A stretch of 32,805 nt of DNA, taken from IMG/VR virus record IMGVR_UViG_3300005077_000068, positions 1-32,805 of that record; one strand, 5' to 3'. Positions 17,261 to 25,725 of the stretch are shown in pieces (position 1 is the stretch's first letter; each line of letters opens with the position of its first letter). This DNA comes from a virus. Taxonomy: Duplodnaviria > Caudoviricetes. The notes below the pieces were generated by a model. That model searched no databases. It had not been told where the DNA came from and worked only from the letters and a program-made list of their open reading frames with translations. Both the position numbers and the translations under genes were made by a program.

Positions 17261-20130
17261 GCATACCAGCTGACCTCAAGGACCAGGGACACCTGAGCAT
17301 CGTCGTGTGGGCGACGGTCAGGACGAATGCTGGCGATGTCACGATGAACAACCGCATCATCTACCTCTGCACCGCTGGTCGGCAGATGAAGGCTCCGGCC
17401 TACCCGTACCAGCCGCTGATCGTGCAAGTCGAGGACATCGTGACCGACGTTGGCGAGGGCTCGTCCAGGCTGGCGTTCACGCTCGCAGCAGATCGCGGCG
17501 TCTACTGCTACAAGAGTGGCACTAGTCCATACTGGGAGCACTTCGACAATCTCCAGACGCTTCTGCAGGCGTACCCGTCCTTCAGCCGTGCGGAGGTCGA
17601 GATCGGCGTTGAGCTGCACGACTGCGTTTCCGCTGGCTCATCCGCCACCAGCTACACGCTCTGGCAGGGCGTCGTGCGGAAGCTGAGCGGCGTGTCGCCA
17701 ATGAGCGTGACCTTCGAGTGTGAGCAGGACGTTGCCGTGCGCGACAAGATCATCCCTGCGCGCACGCTCGACGAGGTCTACGACTGGCACGGCCATCCAG
17801 AGTCGCGGCAGGACCCGTCGGCCAAGGGCCAGCCGAGCCTTGCCAGCTTCGGATCGTTCCTGCCTGACGTTGAGTGGGCGTCAATGTCCACTTGGCAGAA
17901 GCGCAACGTGCTCGGCGTCTGCGGTCTCGACATTCCGCTGGCGAACCTTGCGCATTGTGGCGTCATCAGCCAGTTCGTCACGGCTTACGGGTACGAGCTA
18001 CTGCACGACAACGAGATCCCGATTTCCGGCTCGCTTGAAAGCGGCACCGATTGGGGCGTGTATCTCAACACCGGCGGATCGAAGCGCGCGCGCCTGTACA
18101 ACAAGTGGGAGGATCTCAACGGCACGACGCATAACGGGCAGACGATGTACAGGGCGGCTGGCACGCAGGTGAGCGCGTTCCTCACGCCGACATACCCTTG
18201 GGTGCAGCTTCCGATCGTCCCGTCCCTGCCAGACGGCGTGGACGCGTACTGGTACAAGGCGATCGACGGCAATCCAAACACCTACACGATCATCAACCCG
18301 CTGACGCACGCCTACTACATCCTACCGTCGGTGTCGCTGCCGGGTTCGCTGTCGATGAACAGCACGGACGCAGGCACCGGCACCTACGATCACAGCGGCG
18401 CGGGCGCGCCCGTAGGGCTAAAGCTGGTGGCTCTGCTGCGAAGGAACCCGTCCGCGGTGAACGGCGTATTCGAGCTTAGCCTCGTCACGCCCGGTGGCGC
18501 GCTGTGGGGCGGGCTGCCGTACGCGGCGACGACGTTCAACATCCCGTACTCTGGCACGACCGATTGGAAGCTGTGCCAAGTGAACCTCCCGTGCGACAAC
18601 GGCGTGACGCCCGGCACGGCTGGCTCTGGCTGGATCGGTTCACACTTCCACAGCGGGAACTTTGAGTCGAGTACCGAAGTGGACGGGCCGGACGGCTCGC
18701 TGTTCTGGAGCCAGAACAAAGTCGAGCCGATGATGATCAAGGTGAACAATACATCGAGCGCGCAGGTCTGGCTCGTTGCGCTTGCGCTGGTCGCGGGCTG
18801 CCGTGTGAACGTGGAGGCGAACCCGCTCATCACCTTCCTCTACAGCCCGGAGGCAGAGCGCGAAGCGTGGGCGGATCGCGAGTCGTCGCGGACGCGCGAC
18901 GCTCGGCCGTATCGGGTTGGCATCTCGGCGTCCGGCGGGCGCGAGTACCTTCCGCGCGATGACGGCAGGCGCGACGCGTGGTCTAACTCGGTTTCGCGCA
19001 CGCAGAAGAAGAGTCAGTACGACGTCAAGATGCCGCCGACGGCTTTCGCTGCGAGCGCGGCAACGGTCAAGGCTCCGGACTCCTTCATCACCGGGACAAG
19101 CGGCGAGGTTCTCCGCGACCCGATCCACCATATGTGTTTCGCACTGTCGTATATGCGCGGCGAAGAGGTCGCCGAGGGAACTGAGTTCGGCTCTTACACG
19201 GAGGCGAGGACGCTGCTGACGCGCTGGTGGAGCGGGAGCGCAGCGAACCCGCTCCATACGTGGGACATGAACGAGCAAGCCGGGAAGCCGTCGCCGCTCG
19301 GGACGTTCATCGACGCAGGCTGCGCGCCGGTGATGGATCTCAAGGTGCGGCGGCTGCGGAACGGCAAGTGGGGTTTCACGATCTGGGGACCGTGGGCGAT
19401 GCTCTCCACATCGCTCACCTCGGTGGTCTACATCAGCGGCAGACCGACTGTGCTGATCGAGCCGATGGAGCACGTGCTCGCCGGGGACGGCGGCGCGGCT
19501 ATGTCGATGAGCGCAGATACGCAGTCCGTGCGCAACCTGATCAACATCAGGTACGGGCAGAACCTTCAGTACGTGGCGCGCTGCTACCAGACGGGCGCGA
19601 GCTTCGCGACGGACAACGGCGTGGGCGAAGCGTGGTGCGCTGGCAGCGGCGGCGCGATGCCCTACGGGAGCACGAACACGCCGGTGGACCTCGCCGAGTG
19701 GTCGTACAGGATGTTCGGGCTGTCCGAGCTTTTCACGATCGACGTCCCGTTCGTGGACTCGCCGCGCGTCGCCGCGATGATCGGCGCGTACTACCTTGCA
19801 CGGTACTACAGACCAGAGGTTGTCCTGCGCTTCTCGGCGAACGCCGGGCTGCTGGATATGCATCCGGGCCACATCTTCTTTATGAAGAACGACCTCTGGT
19901 CAAAGCTGGCATGGCGCTATCTGCTCGGCGGCGACTATAACGCTGACCCGTCGTGGGACACTGTGGCGTGGATGGTCACGCAGATCGACACGATCGGCGG
20001 ATGCGGCGAGCCGTTGACGCACGAGGTTTCAGCCATCCTGCTCCCGACGCAGTTCGGCACGGAACTCGTCAGCGGCAACATCATCGGCGGGACAAGCGAA
20101 GATCTGCTGCTCGCGTCGAGCGGCACGTAG
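17257..20130 (+). CDS. Large tail tip/baseplate hub protein
   Basis: 957 aa; RDPIHH, VRNLINIRY and LLDMHPGH (hub-like C-terminus); ATGA coupling. Confidence 0.7.
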   Translation: MSIPADLKDQGHLSIVVWATVRTNAGDVTMNNRIIYLCTAGRQMKAPAYPYQPLIVQVEDIVTDVGEGSSRLAFTLAADRGVYCYKSGTSPYWEHFDNLQTLLQAYPSFSRAEVEIGVELHDCVSAGSSATSYTLWQGVVRKLSGVSPMSVTFECEQDVAVRDKIIPARTLDEVYDWHGHPESRQDPSAKGQPSLASFGSFLPDVEWASMSTWQKRNVLGVCGLDIPLANLAHCGVISQFVTAYGYELLHDNEIPISGSLESGTDWGVYLNTGGSKRARLYNKWEDLNGTTHNGQTMYRAAGTQVSAFLTPTYPWVQLPIVPSLPDGVDAYWYKAIDGNPNTYTIINPLTHAYYILPSVSLPGSLSMNSTDAGTGTYDHSGAGAPVGLKLVALLRRNPSAVNGVFELSLVTPGGALWGGLPYAATTFNIPYSGTTDWKLCQVNLPCDNGVTPGTAGSGWIGSHFHSGNFESSTEVDGPDGSLFWSQNKVEPMMIKVNNTSSAQVWLVALALVAGCRVNVEANPLITFLYSPEAEREAWADRESSRTRDARPYRVGISASGGREYLPRDDGRRDAWSNSVSRTQKKSQYDVKMPPTAFAASAATVKAPDSFITGTSGEVLRDPIHHMCFALSYMRGEEVAEGTEFGSYTEARTLLTRWWSGSAANPLHTWDMNEQAGKPSPLGTFIDAGCAPVMDLKVRRLRNGKWGFTIWGPWAMLSTSLTSVVYISGRPTVLIEPMEHVLAGDGGAAMSMSADTQSVRNLINIRYGQNLQYVARCYQTGASFATDNGVGEAWCAGSGGAMPYGSTNTPVDLAEWSYRMFGLSELFTIDVPFVDSPRVAAMIGAYYLARYYRPEVVLRFSANAGLLDMHPGHIFFMKNDLWSKLAWRYLLGGDYNADPSWDTVAWMVTQIDTIGGCGEPLTHEVSAILLPTQFGTELVSGNIIGGTSEDLLLASSGT

Positions 20131-20138
20131 GAGGAACG

Positions 20139-21404
20139 ATGCGGCTGATCGCTTGGCTGATCCTGATCGCGCTGCTCTGCACAGTCGCGGCGTCGCTGGC
20201 AGGACCGGCGTCGCCGAAGTACACTTCGCTCTGGCGGCGCGCGACTTCGACCGGATTCCAATGGCTCGACTCGTCGAACGCCGTGCTGTACGCGTACCCT
20301 GCGACCGGCGACACGACCGGCAAAGGGAAGCCGCTGACCTACATCGGCAACTACCTCTGGCTGTTTATCCCTGACTCGACCTACGTGTACGACATCGTCG
20401 AGACAACGGGCATCGACTCGCTCGTGCTCGGCGGCGACAACGTGTCGTACATGGGACCTGAGCTTGTCGTGGCGGATTCTGCTGTGACGACGAGCGCGCT
20501 GCGCCCGGACCCCGACGGCCGCTTCCGCTTCACATCGACGCCCGAAGCGGAGAGCTTGCTCGTGAGCTACATCGAGCCGGACAGCGCGGGCCGCTGGCTC
20601 CATCTCGGCGGTCACGTGTACACTGACTCGCTGACGGCGGCGGCTTACCTCGGCGCGGTGCTCGGCGCGTTCACTACGGCGACCGCCGACACGATCGGCA
20701 TCAACGGCAACCTCGGCGCACAGATCGTGCGAGCGGAGTCGCTTGATGTTCGTGCAGGCGCGGCGGGCAGCGGCGGCTCTTACGCGGCGGTTCACACTGG
20801 ACCGCGCGGTGTTTTCACCGATGAGGCAACGATCGGCGACAACGGCGTGGGCGACGGGCTGGAGGTACTGGGAACGCTCTCGGTTGATGGCACCAGCACG
20901 CTCAAGGGATCGGTGGACACCGAAGGCAAGCTGACCGTGGGCAACGCTGGCACGGACTCGCTGAGCGTGTTCGGTGATCTGCGCGTGCGCGGCGGTGACA
21001 TCGTGGCAGGCACAGCCGGTCAGGCTGGCACCGTGGCCCTGAGCGACGGGAGCAGCAACACAACCACACTCACCCAGGCGGCCTGGGGTTCCAATGTCAC
21101 GGTCACGCTGCCGATGTTCTTCGTGGACTTCGAACCTCCTGATCCGTGGTCGTCGATCGACGGCACGGGTATGCAGACCAGCTTCTACGTCGCAGGCATC
21201 GACACCTCATGGGTGGCGATCCCGGTCCGCTCTGCGGACTACGACGGCGATCCGGACTATCCGACAGGCGCGGCCGCCGCTGCGGTGACTCGCCCGTACT
21301 TCACCTATTGCAAAACGGATTCGGTCGTTATCACCAGCCATGCGTGCTGCGACTACGACGGCCACATCTTCCTCATGGTCGCCAAAAAGAACCTGTGGAG
21401 GTGA
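20139..21404 (+). CDS. Tail-fibre-like protein with an N-terminal signal peptide
   Basis: MRLIAWLILIALLCTVAASLA (AxA cleavage site); G.L.V.G repeats typical of beta-helix fibres; strong GGAGG RBS. Confidence 0.7.
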   Translation: MRLIAWLILIALLCTVAASLAGPASPKYTSLWRRATSTGFQWLDSSNAVLYAYPATGDTTGKGKPLTYIGNYLWLFIPDSTYVYDIVETTGIDSLVLGGDNVSYMGPELVVADSAVTTSALRPDPDGRFRFTSTPEAESLLVSYIEPDSAGRWLHLGGHVYTDSLTAAAYLGAVLGAFTTATADTIGINGNLGAQIVRAESLDVRAGAAGSGGSYAAVHTGPRGVFTDEATIGDNGVGDGLEVLGTLSVDGTSTLKGSVDTEGKLTVGNAGTDSLSVFGDLRVRGGDIVAGTAGQAGTVALSDGSSNTTTLTQAAWGSNVTVTLPMFFVDFEPPDPWSSIDGTGMQTSFYVAGIDTSWVAIPVRSADYDGDPDYPTGAAAAAVTRPYFTYCKTDSVVITSHACCDYDGHIFLMVAKKNLWR

Positions 21405-21407
21405 TCC

Positions 21408-21755
21408 ATGCCCAGCTTCAGGAACCTGACCGGCCACCAGCTGACGATCTGCAACGTCGAAGGCACGACCGTGCAGGCGCGGCTGGAACCCGATCCGCTG
21501 GTCATCGGCCTCGTCGATGATGGCGGCACGCTGGAGCAGTTCGCTGGGGTCGATGTTCTGACGATCCGGCTCAACGCTGTGGTCGCGAACCTGCCAGCGC
21601 GCGTCGCTGGCGTCGGGCTGATCCTGCGGCGCGAGGTGCTGGAGACGCTCGCAGATCGCGGACTCAACCGACCCGATCTGTGCGCGCCCGCGCGGCGGCG
21701 CATCGTGATCGACGGCGAGATGTGTCACCGAGGACTGATCCGTTACCTAGACTGA
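21408..21755 (+). CDS. NLTxH-family small protein (candidate Crn4-like ring nuclease)
   Basis: NLTGH, LPARVAGVGLIL, RPDLCAP and DG...RGL match the recalled NLTPH...LP....G..YIVS...R.DL..P...DG family pattern. Confidence 0.5.
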   Translation: MPSFRNLTGHQLTICNVEGTTVQARLEPDPLVIGLVDDGGTLEQFAGVDVLTIRLNAVVANLPARVAGVGLILRREVLETLADRGLNRPDLCAPARRRIVIDGEMCHRGLIRYLD

Positions 21756-21768
21756 GGAGGGCTGTGCC

Positions 21769-22107
21769 GTGCCTGAAGGCTTCGATTTCAACAACCCGCT
21801 CGCCATCATCGGCCTGCTCGCGGTGGTCGTGTTCATGCTCCTGCGGCTGCTCCAGTCTCGGAAGCAGCACAGCGAGTCGATGAACGGCGAGAACCCGCAG
21901 ACGCAGCTACTGCGCCGGATCGTGGTGATCGGCGAAGACCAGACCACGCTGATGCGAGCGCACAACGAGGTCATGGCCCGCGAGCACGAGGCAACCCGCA
22001 AGACGATCGGCGATCTGGCGGCGGCGATCCGCCAGCACGATGAAGCCTGCGACACCCGCTGGACGAAGGCGCGGAAGCTGATCCGGGAGCAGGGAGACGG
22101 GGAGTGA
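21769..22107 (+). CDS. Holin-like/membrane protein (1 TM plus coiled-coil)
   Basis: TM segment LAIIGLLAVVVFMLL; located in the lysis module. Confidence 0.6.
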   Translation: MPEGFDFNNPLAIIGLLAVVVFMLLRLLQSRKQHSESMNGENPQTQLLRRIVVIGEDQTTLMRAHNEVMAREHEATRKTIGDLAAAIRQHDEACDTRWTKARKLIREQGDGE

Positions 22108-22442
22108 GCGAAGACAAACAGGGCGGCGAAGTGATCGCCGACCCGGTGCCGATCCTTGGCTGGAGGGATCGGCTGATGCTGAGGCTGGCGGCGCGGCGCG
22201 CTGTCGCGATCGCCAAGGAGATCCGCCAACGAAGGGAGGAGAAGATGCCGCCGACAACGGCTCAGAGCTCGACGAAGAAGTGGGCCGCAGTGGGAGCCAT
22301 CGTGATTGCCTGTTTGCAGGGCGTCAAGCTCCGCTGGCCCGAACACGCGATCTGGATCGATCCTGCCACCATGATCATCGGCGCCGTCACCGGGGCTGGT
22401 GTCGCCTACGGCGTCCGCAACGCGATCGCCAAGGGCAAGTGA
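22104..22442 (+). CDS. Holin (2 TM) with a second in-frame start at 22245
   Basis: Two hydrophobic segments and a basic GVRNAIAKGK end; directly upstream of the endolysin. Confidence 0.7.
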   Translation: MSEDKQGGEVIADPVPILGWRDRLMLRLAARRAVAIAKEIRQRREEKMPPTTAQSSTKKWAAVGAIVIACLQGVKLRWPEHAIWIDPATMIIGAVTGAGVAYGVRNAIAKGK

Positions 22443-22909
22443 GCCGGAACGCCGAACATCTGGAGCGCACTGTGCGCGAGCGGTTCAACCTGGGCTGCTC
22501 GCGCTATCGTGCGCTGCACGGCGATCGGTTCCTCATCATCGTCACGGAGACATGGCGCGATGCCGCCGCGCAGGATGCCGCGAAGAAGAACGGCAAGAGC
22601 AGCGCGCGTGCTGGTCAGTCGCTCCACAACCCGGTCGATGAACACGGACGCCCGCATTCGTACGCGATCGACTTCATGCTGCTTGACACAGAGACGCGGC
22701 GGTTGTTGCACGGCACGAGCGACGAAGAGTGGAAGAGATACGCGGAAGCGGCGGCGTGCATGAAGGCGGTCGGGTTCCGCTGGTCTGGAGATTGGACGCA
22801 GCGTCGAGGCGTGCCGCGCGAGTGCGGCCACGTGGAAGCGCCGATCCGCTTGTCCGACGCCCACGCGGGCCTCGCGCCGAGCTGGCCGGAACTCTCTGCG
22901 CCGCAATGA
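22439..22909 (+). CDS. Endolysin, M15 family peptidase (L-Ala-D-Glu type)
   Basis: TETWR...Q, QSLHN...AID, WSGDW and GHVE zinc-peptidase motifs. Confidence 0.88.
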   Translation: MSRNAEHLERTVRERFNLGCSRYRALHGDRFLIIVTETWRDAAAQDAAKKNGKSSARAGQSLHNPVDEHGRPHSYAIDFMLLDTETRRLLHGTSDEEWKRYAEAAACMKAVGFRWSGDWTQRRGVPRECGHVEAPIRLSDAHAGLAPSWPELSAPQ

Positions 22910-23789
22910 GTTGCGCGTCCATCCAACTTGCTTGTGCTGTAAGTGCCAGCAGCGTAACGGATTGCGCCGTTCATTCAACCCCTCGCGCGTCCACCCAACT
23001 CGCTGCGCGCGCGCCAGCCTCCGGTGCGCAAGCTCTTGCGCGGCCGTCGCTTGCGCGTTCATCCATCCCGTTGTCGCGCTAAGTGGCTGCGATCTGGCCG
23101 CTTGCGCCGTTCATCCATCCCGTGCAGCGTTCATCCATCCTGCTCGGCGGCGCGGCATCCTCTTCGAGTGTCGTCGGTTACGCTGTTCATCCATCCGCTC
23201 GCCTGCCCGTTCGCTTGCCTCTTGTCTCCCAACGGGTTGCGCGTCCATCCATCCGCGCGCCACGGCAATCCGTTGCGTCACAGGCAGTTGCGGCGTTCAT
23301 CCAACTCAGCCAACCCGCCGTGCTTCCCCTTGAAGCGAAGCTCTTGCGCGACAGTCAGTTACGCGTCCATCCATCCGCTCATCCCGGCAACCCGTTGGGA
23401 TGCGGCCAGATAGCGCGTCCAGCCATCCCTGCGTCCGCTGGAAATCTAACCGGCCGCAAAATCGCCACTTACGTGCCCAGCCATCTAGCCATGCAGGCAA
23501 CCCCAGTGGCCACAACCGGTTACGCGTGGAGCCGCCCGCTGCCGCCCATAAGTACCTAATGCGCCGGAAGTTGCGCGATCCAGCCATCCCGCTCACGCGG
23601 GCCTTCCCGCCCGGCCCGCTAAGTGGCCGCGAGGCGGTCGGTTACAGCGCTCAAAATAGTTCGCAAAAAGTTGCGTCGCGTGACGTCCGCGTAACCGGCG
23701 GCGGCGCGGAGACTTACCCTGGGTCCGCAGGGAGCGTCGAAAAGCACGCTCTAGAGGCCAGCTATCCTCTTCGCGCGCAGCGAGTTGCC
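22887..23789. repeat. Array of ~15 imperfect palindromes (Y)AAS-N17-STT(R) with 14 interspersed CGTYCAKCCAWCY boxes
   Basis: Left-arm triplets (mostly AAS) at 22890, 22941, 23030, 23081, 23157, 23216, 23267, 23338, 23389, 23448, 23499, 23550, 23621, 23693 and 23764, each with a right arm exactly 20 bp further on. Confidence 0.9.
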
Positions 23790-23801
23790 GCGCCGGCTAC
23801 G

Positions 23802-23830
23802 TTGCGCGTATGTCCCCAAGCCTATATGCT
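23802..23830 (+). promoter_or_regulatory. Putative sigma70-type early promoter
   Basis: TTGCGC (23802)-17 bp-TATGCT (23825), upstream of the first early gene. Confidence 0.6.
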
Positions 23831-23879
23831 TCCCCTGTAGTTGGAGTTCGGTCGGGCGGCGGGAAACAGGAGGCACAAG

Positions 23880-24206
23880 ATGACGAAGCGGACGAAGCGG
23901 ACGAAGCGGACGACGTGCTCGCATTGCGGCACGATCTTGGATAGCGCGCCGGACGCGCGCGGGCGTTGCGACGACTGCGAAGCACTGTTCGCGGCGATCG
24001 ACTTGCTCACGGACAGCTTTGGTCCGGATGCGCGTCGCGCGCGCAAGCTCATGGACAAGATCGGCGCAGCGCTGAGCGCGCTGAAGGGAAGTTACGAGGG
24101 GATTCCGGCGGCGGTCGCGCGCGAGAAGAACGACAAGATGGTCAACACGCTCGTCGATCGCGTGATCGACGCGGTCGAGGCGTACTGCCCAGTCCGGACG
24201 CTTTAG
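23880..24206 (+). CDS. Hypothetical early protein with a CxxC...CxxC zinc finger
   Basis: CSHC...CDDC; RBS AGGAGG; N-terminal 9-bp repeat (TKR x3). Confidence 0.75.
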   Translation: MTKRTKRTKRTTCSHCGTILDSAPDARGRCDDCEALFAAIDLLTDSFGPDARRARKLMDKIGAALSALKGSYEGIPAAVAREKNDKMVNTLVDRVIDAVEAYCPVRTL

Positions 24207-24208
24207 CG

Positions 24209-24267
24209 CGTCCGTCCGCTGCTATGTCGCAGCGCTGATGAGGCGGCAGTCACCGCCGAAACGGACG
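24209..24267 (+). ncRNA. Type III hammerhead ribozyme (HHR1)
   Basis: Stem III CGUCCGU/ACGGACG; GUC cleavage after 24216; stem I CGCUGC/GCAGCG; core CUGAUGA; stem II GGCGG/CCGCC; GAAA. Confidence 0.93.
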
Positions 24268-24287
24268 ACCGAAACAGGAGGCACGCA

Positions 24288-24812
24288 ATGTCCAAGAAGA
24301 GCACGAAGACCAGCAGCACGAAGGCTGATCGCAACGCGAAGAGCGCCGAGTGGCGCAAGGCGCGGGCCGCGCGCATGGCGCACGAGCTCGGCGAAGTGAG
24401 CGACAACTACTCGAGCACGATCGACTTCGTGGCCGCCGAGGTGCAGCGGATCATGGACGCGAACGAGATTCCCGCGCGGCTGCGGCCCGCGTTCATCGGC
24501 GCGGTTCGCCGCGCGCTGAAGGCCAGCAACGGCGGCAGCAAGAAGATCAAGGACGCGAACTTCTGGACGCGCGAAGACGGCAACACGCTCTTCACCGGCA
24601 ACACGGTCGGCGTCGCGGTCCGCGCGAAGGACAAGGTCACCGGCAAGTGGATCGTCACCGAGTGCGACGCGCTGTTCGCCAAGTGGACGAAGAACGGTCG
24701 CGCGGCCAAGGCAATGCTCTCGCAGGCGATCCCCTCCTGCGGCATCGAGGTCGGCGACATGAAGGTCGGCCGCGTCGTCGAGGTCAACGGCGCGCGCAAG
24801 GGCAACGAGTAG
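24288..24812 (+). CDS. Hypothetical basic early protein
   Basis: RBS AGGAGG; strongly biased codon usage. Confidence 0.8.
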   Translation: MSKKSTKTSSTKADRNAKSAEWRKARAARMAHELGEVSDNYSSTIDFVAAEVQRIMDANEIPARLRPAFIGAVRRALKASNGGSKKIKDANFWTREDGNTLFTGNTVGVAVRAKDKVTGKWIVTECDALFAKWTKNGRAAKAMLSQAIPSCGIEVGDMKVGRVVEVNGARKGNE

Positions 24813-24886
24813 CAGCGCACAACGCACAACGAACAACCCGCGACGCCCGGACTCTTCCGGGCGTCGCGTTCGTCAGGAGGCACGAC

Positions 24887-25165
24887 ATGGCGAAGATCAG
24901 CGCGAAGGGATGCCGGAAGGTCGCGGAGGCGCGCCGGTCCGGATCGTTCCAGAATGAGCCGGACGTCACGTTCGAGGATGTGTACGTGCTTCGGAGTGAC
25001 GGCGTCACGTTGCGCCGCACGATCTGGAGGGAGAACGGACGCGCGCGGACGAGCGGATACGTCACGGCGTCGGTGAAGAGGGTGAAGATGGACATGAGCG
25101 GTCTGGAAGAGTGGGAGCGCACGATGGAGGCGCGCGGCTTCGAGATGAGTTCGTTTCCGTACTGA
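24887..25165 (+). CDS. Hypothetical early protein
   Basis: RBS AGGAGG after a hairpin. Confidence 0.75.
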   Translation: MAKISAKGCRKVAEARRSGSFQNEPDVTFEDVYVLRSDGVTLRRTIWRENGRARTSGYVTASVKRVKMDMSGLEEWERTMEARGFEMSSFPY

Positions 25166-25190
25166 TCGACGAACGACAACGGACCGAACC

Positions 25191-25220
25191 GAACCCGCCC
25201 GCGATTGCCGGGCGGGTTTT
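25191..25220 (+). terminator. Terminator-like hairpin
   Basis: AACCCGCCCG/CGGGCGGGTT stem followed by a short T run. Confidence 0.5.
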
Positions 25221-25233
25221 CATTGGAGGAGAG

Positions 25234-25725
25234 ATGAAGAGGTACACGCAGAGTCACGCCGACTTCCGAATGGTCCGCCGCGAAGGCGGCGACTGGGTTC
25301 ACGCGGACGCCGCCTGCTCGCTGATCGAACGCGAGATGAACCGAGTCGGTGACCGGCTGACCGGGTACAGCTTCCCGCTGCGCTACAGGTGCAGCGCGTT
25401 CGACGGACGCGTCTACGCGACGCCCGGTGGCCACTGGTCGAAGTACGCGGAGGTGCTGCAGATCCTCCGCGAGATCGCGGCGCAGCGTCCGCACGCGAAG
25501 GACAGCGACTGCACGGTAGTGGACGGCTGGTGCATCATCTGCGGCGCCGAGCACGGCGAAGGCTGCGAGACGTGCGGCGGGCGCGGGTTCCACTGGCCTG
25601 CGTGTCCCGACGGTCCCGATGTCCGCGACTGGGGTGGTCCCGGTGAGGATGGCGAGCCGACGTCGATCGCCGAGCACGCAGGCTGCGGCTATCCGCGACC
25701 GGACGACTGCGAGGTGACCCGATGA
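25234..25725 (+). CDS. Hypothetical Cys/His-rich early protein
   Basis: RBS GGAGGA; H...DC...CIIC...CETC...H...C. Confidence 0.75.
   Translation: MKRYTQSHADFRMVRREGGDWVHADAACSLIEREMNRVGDRLTGYSFPLRYRCSAFDGRVYATPGGHWSKYAEVLQILREIAAQRPHAKDSDCTVVDGWCIICGAEHGEGCETCGGRGFHWPACPDGPDVRDWGGPGEDGEPTSIAEHAGCGYPRPDDCEVTR

Noticed and set aside
19612-20854. 17-nt identity GACAACGGCGTGGGCGA at 19612 and 20838 (DGR or shuffling repeat?)
   Set aside because: Short, explained by the shared DNGVG peptide and codon bias; no reverse transcriptase or invertase is present.
22887-23789. CRISPR or TIGR array reading of the repeat region
   Set aside because: Repeats are short and degenerate, unit length varies (51-89 bp), the variable 17-mers share internal consensus, and I recognise no Cas or Nop-domain gene.
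22887-23789. Integron attC cassette array (AAC...GTT)
   Set aside because: Sites are ~29 bp, far shorter than attC; there are no cassette ORFs and no integrase.
22911-23840. ORFs 22911-23333, 23024-23413, 23083-23559 and 23400-23840
   Set aside because: No RBS, atypical codons, and the repeats fall in different frames (IHP/SIH/PS), which points to DNA-level repeats.
23834-23870. Third hammerhead (CCUGUA...GAAACAGG)
   Set aside because: A stem III-like pairing and GAAA are present, but there is no CUGANGA core or stems I/II; at most a relic or an RBS-occluding stem.
23882-23911. GACGAAGCG x3 tandem repeat
   Set aside because: In-frame 9-bp coding repeat (TKR); no evidence for a role in phase variation.
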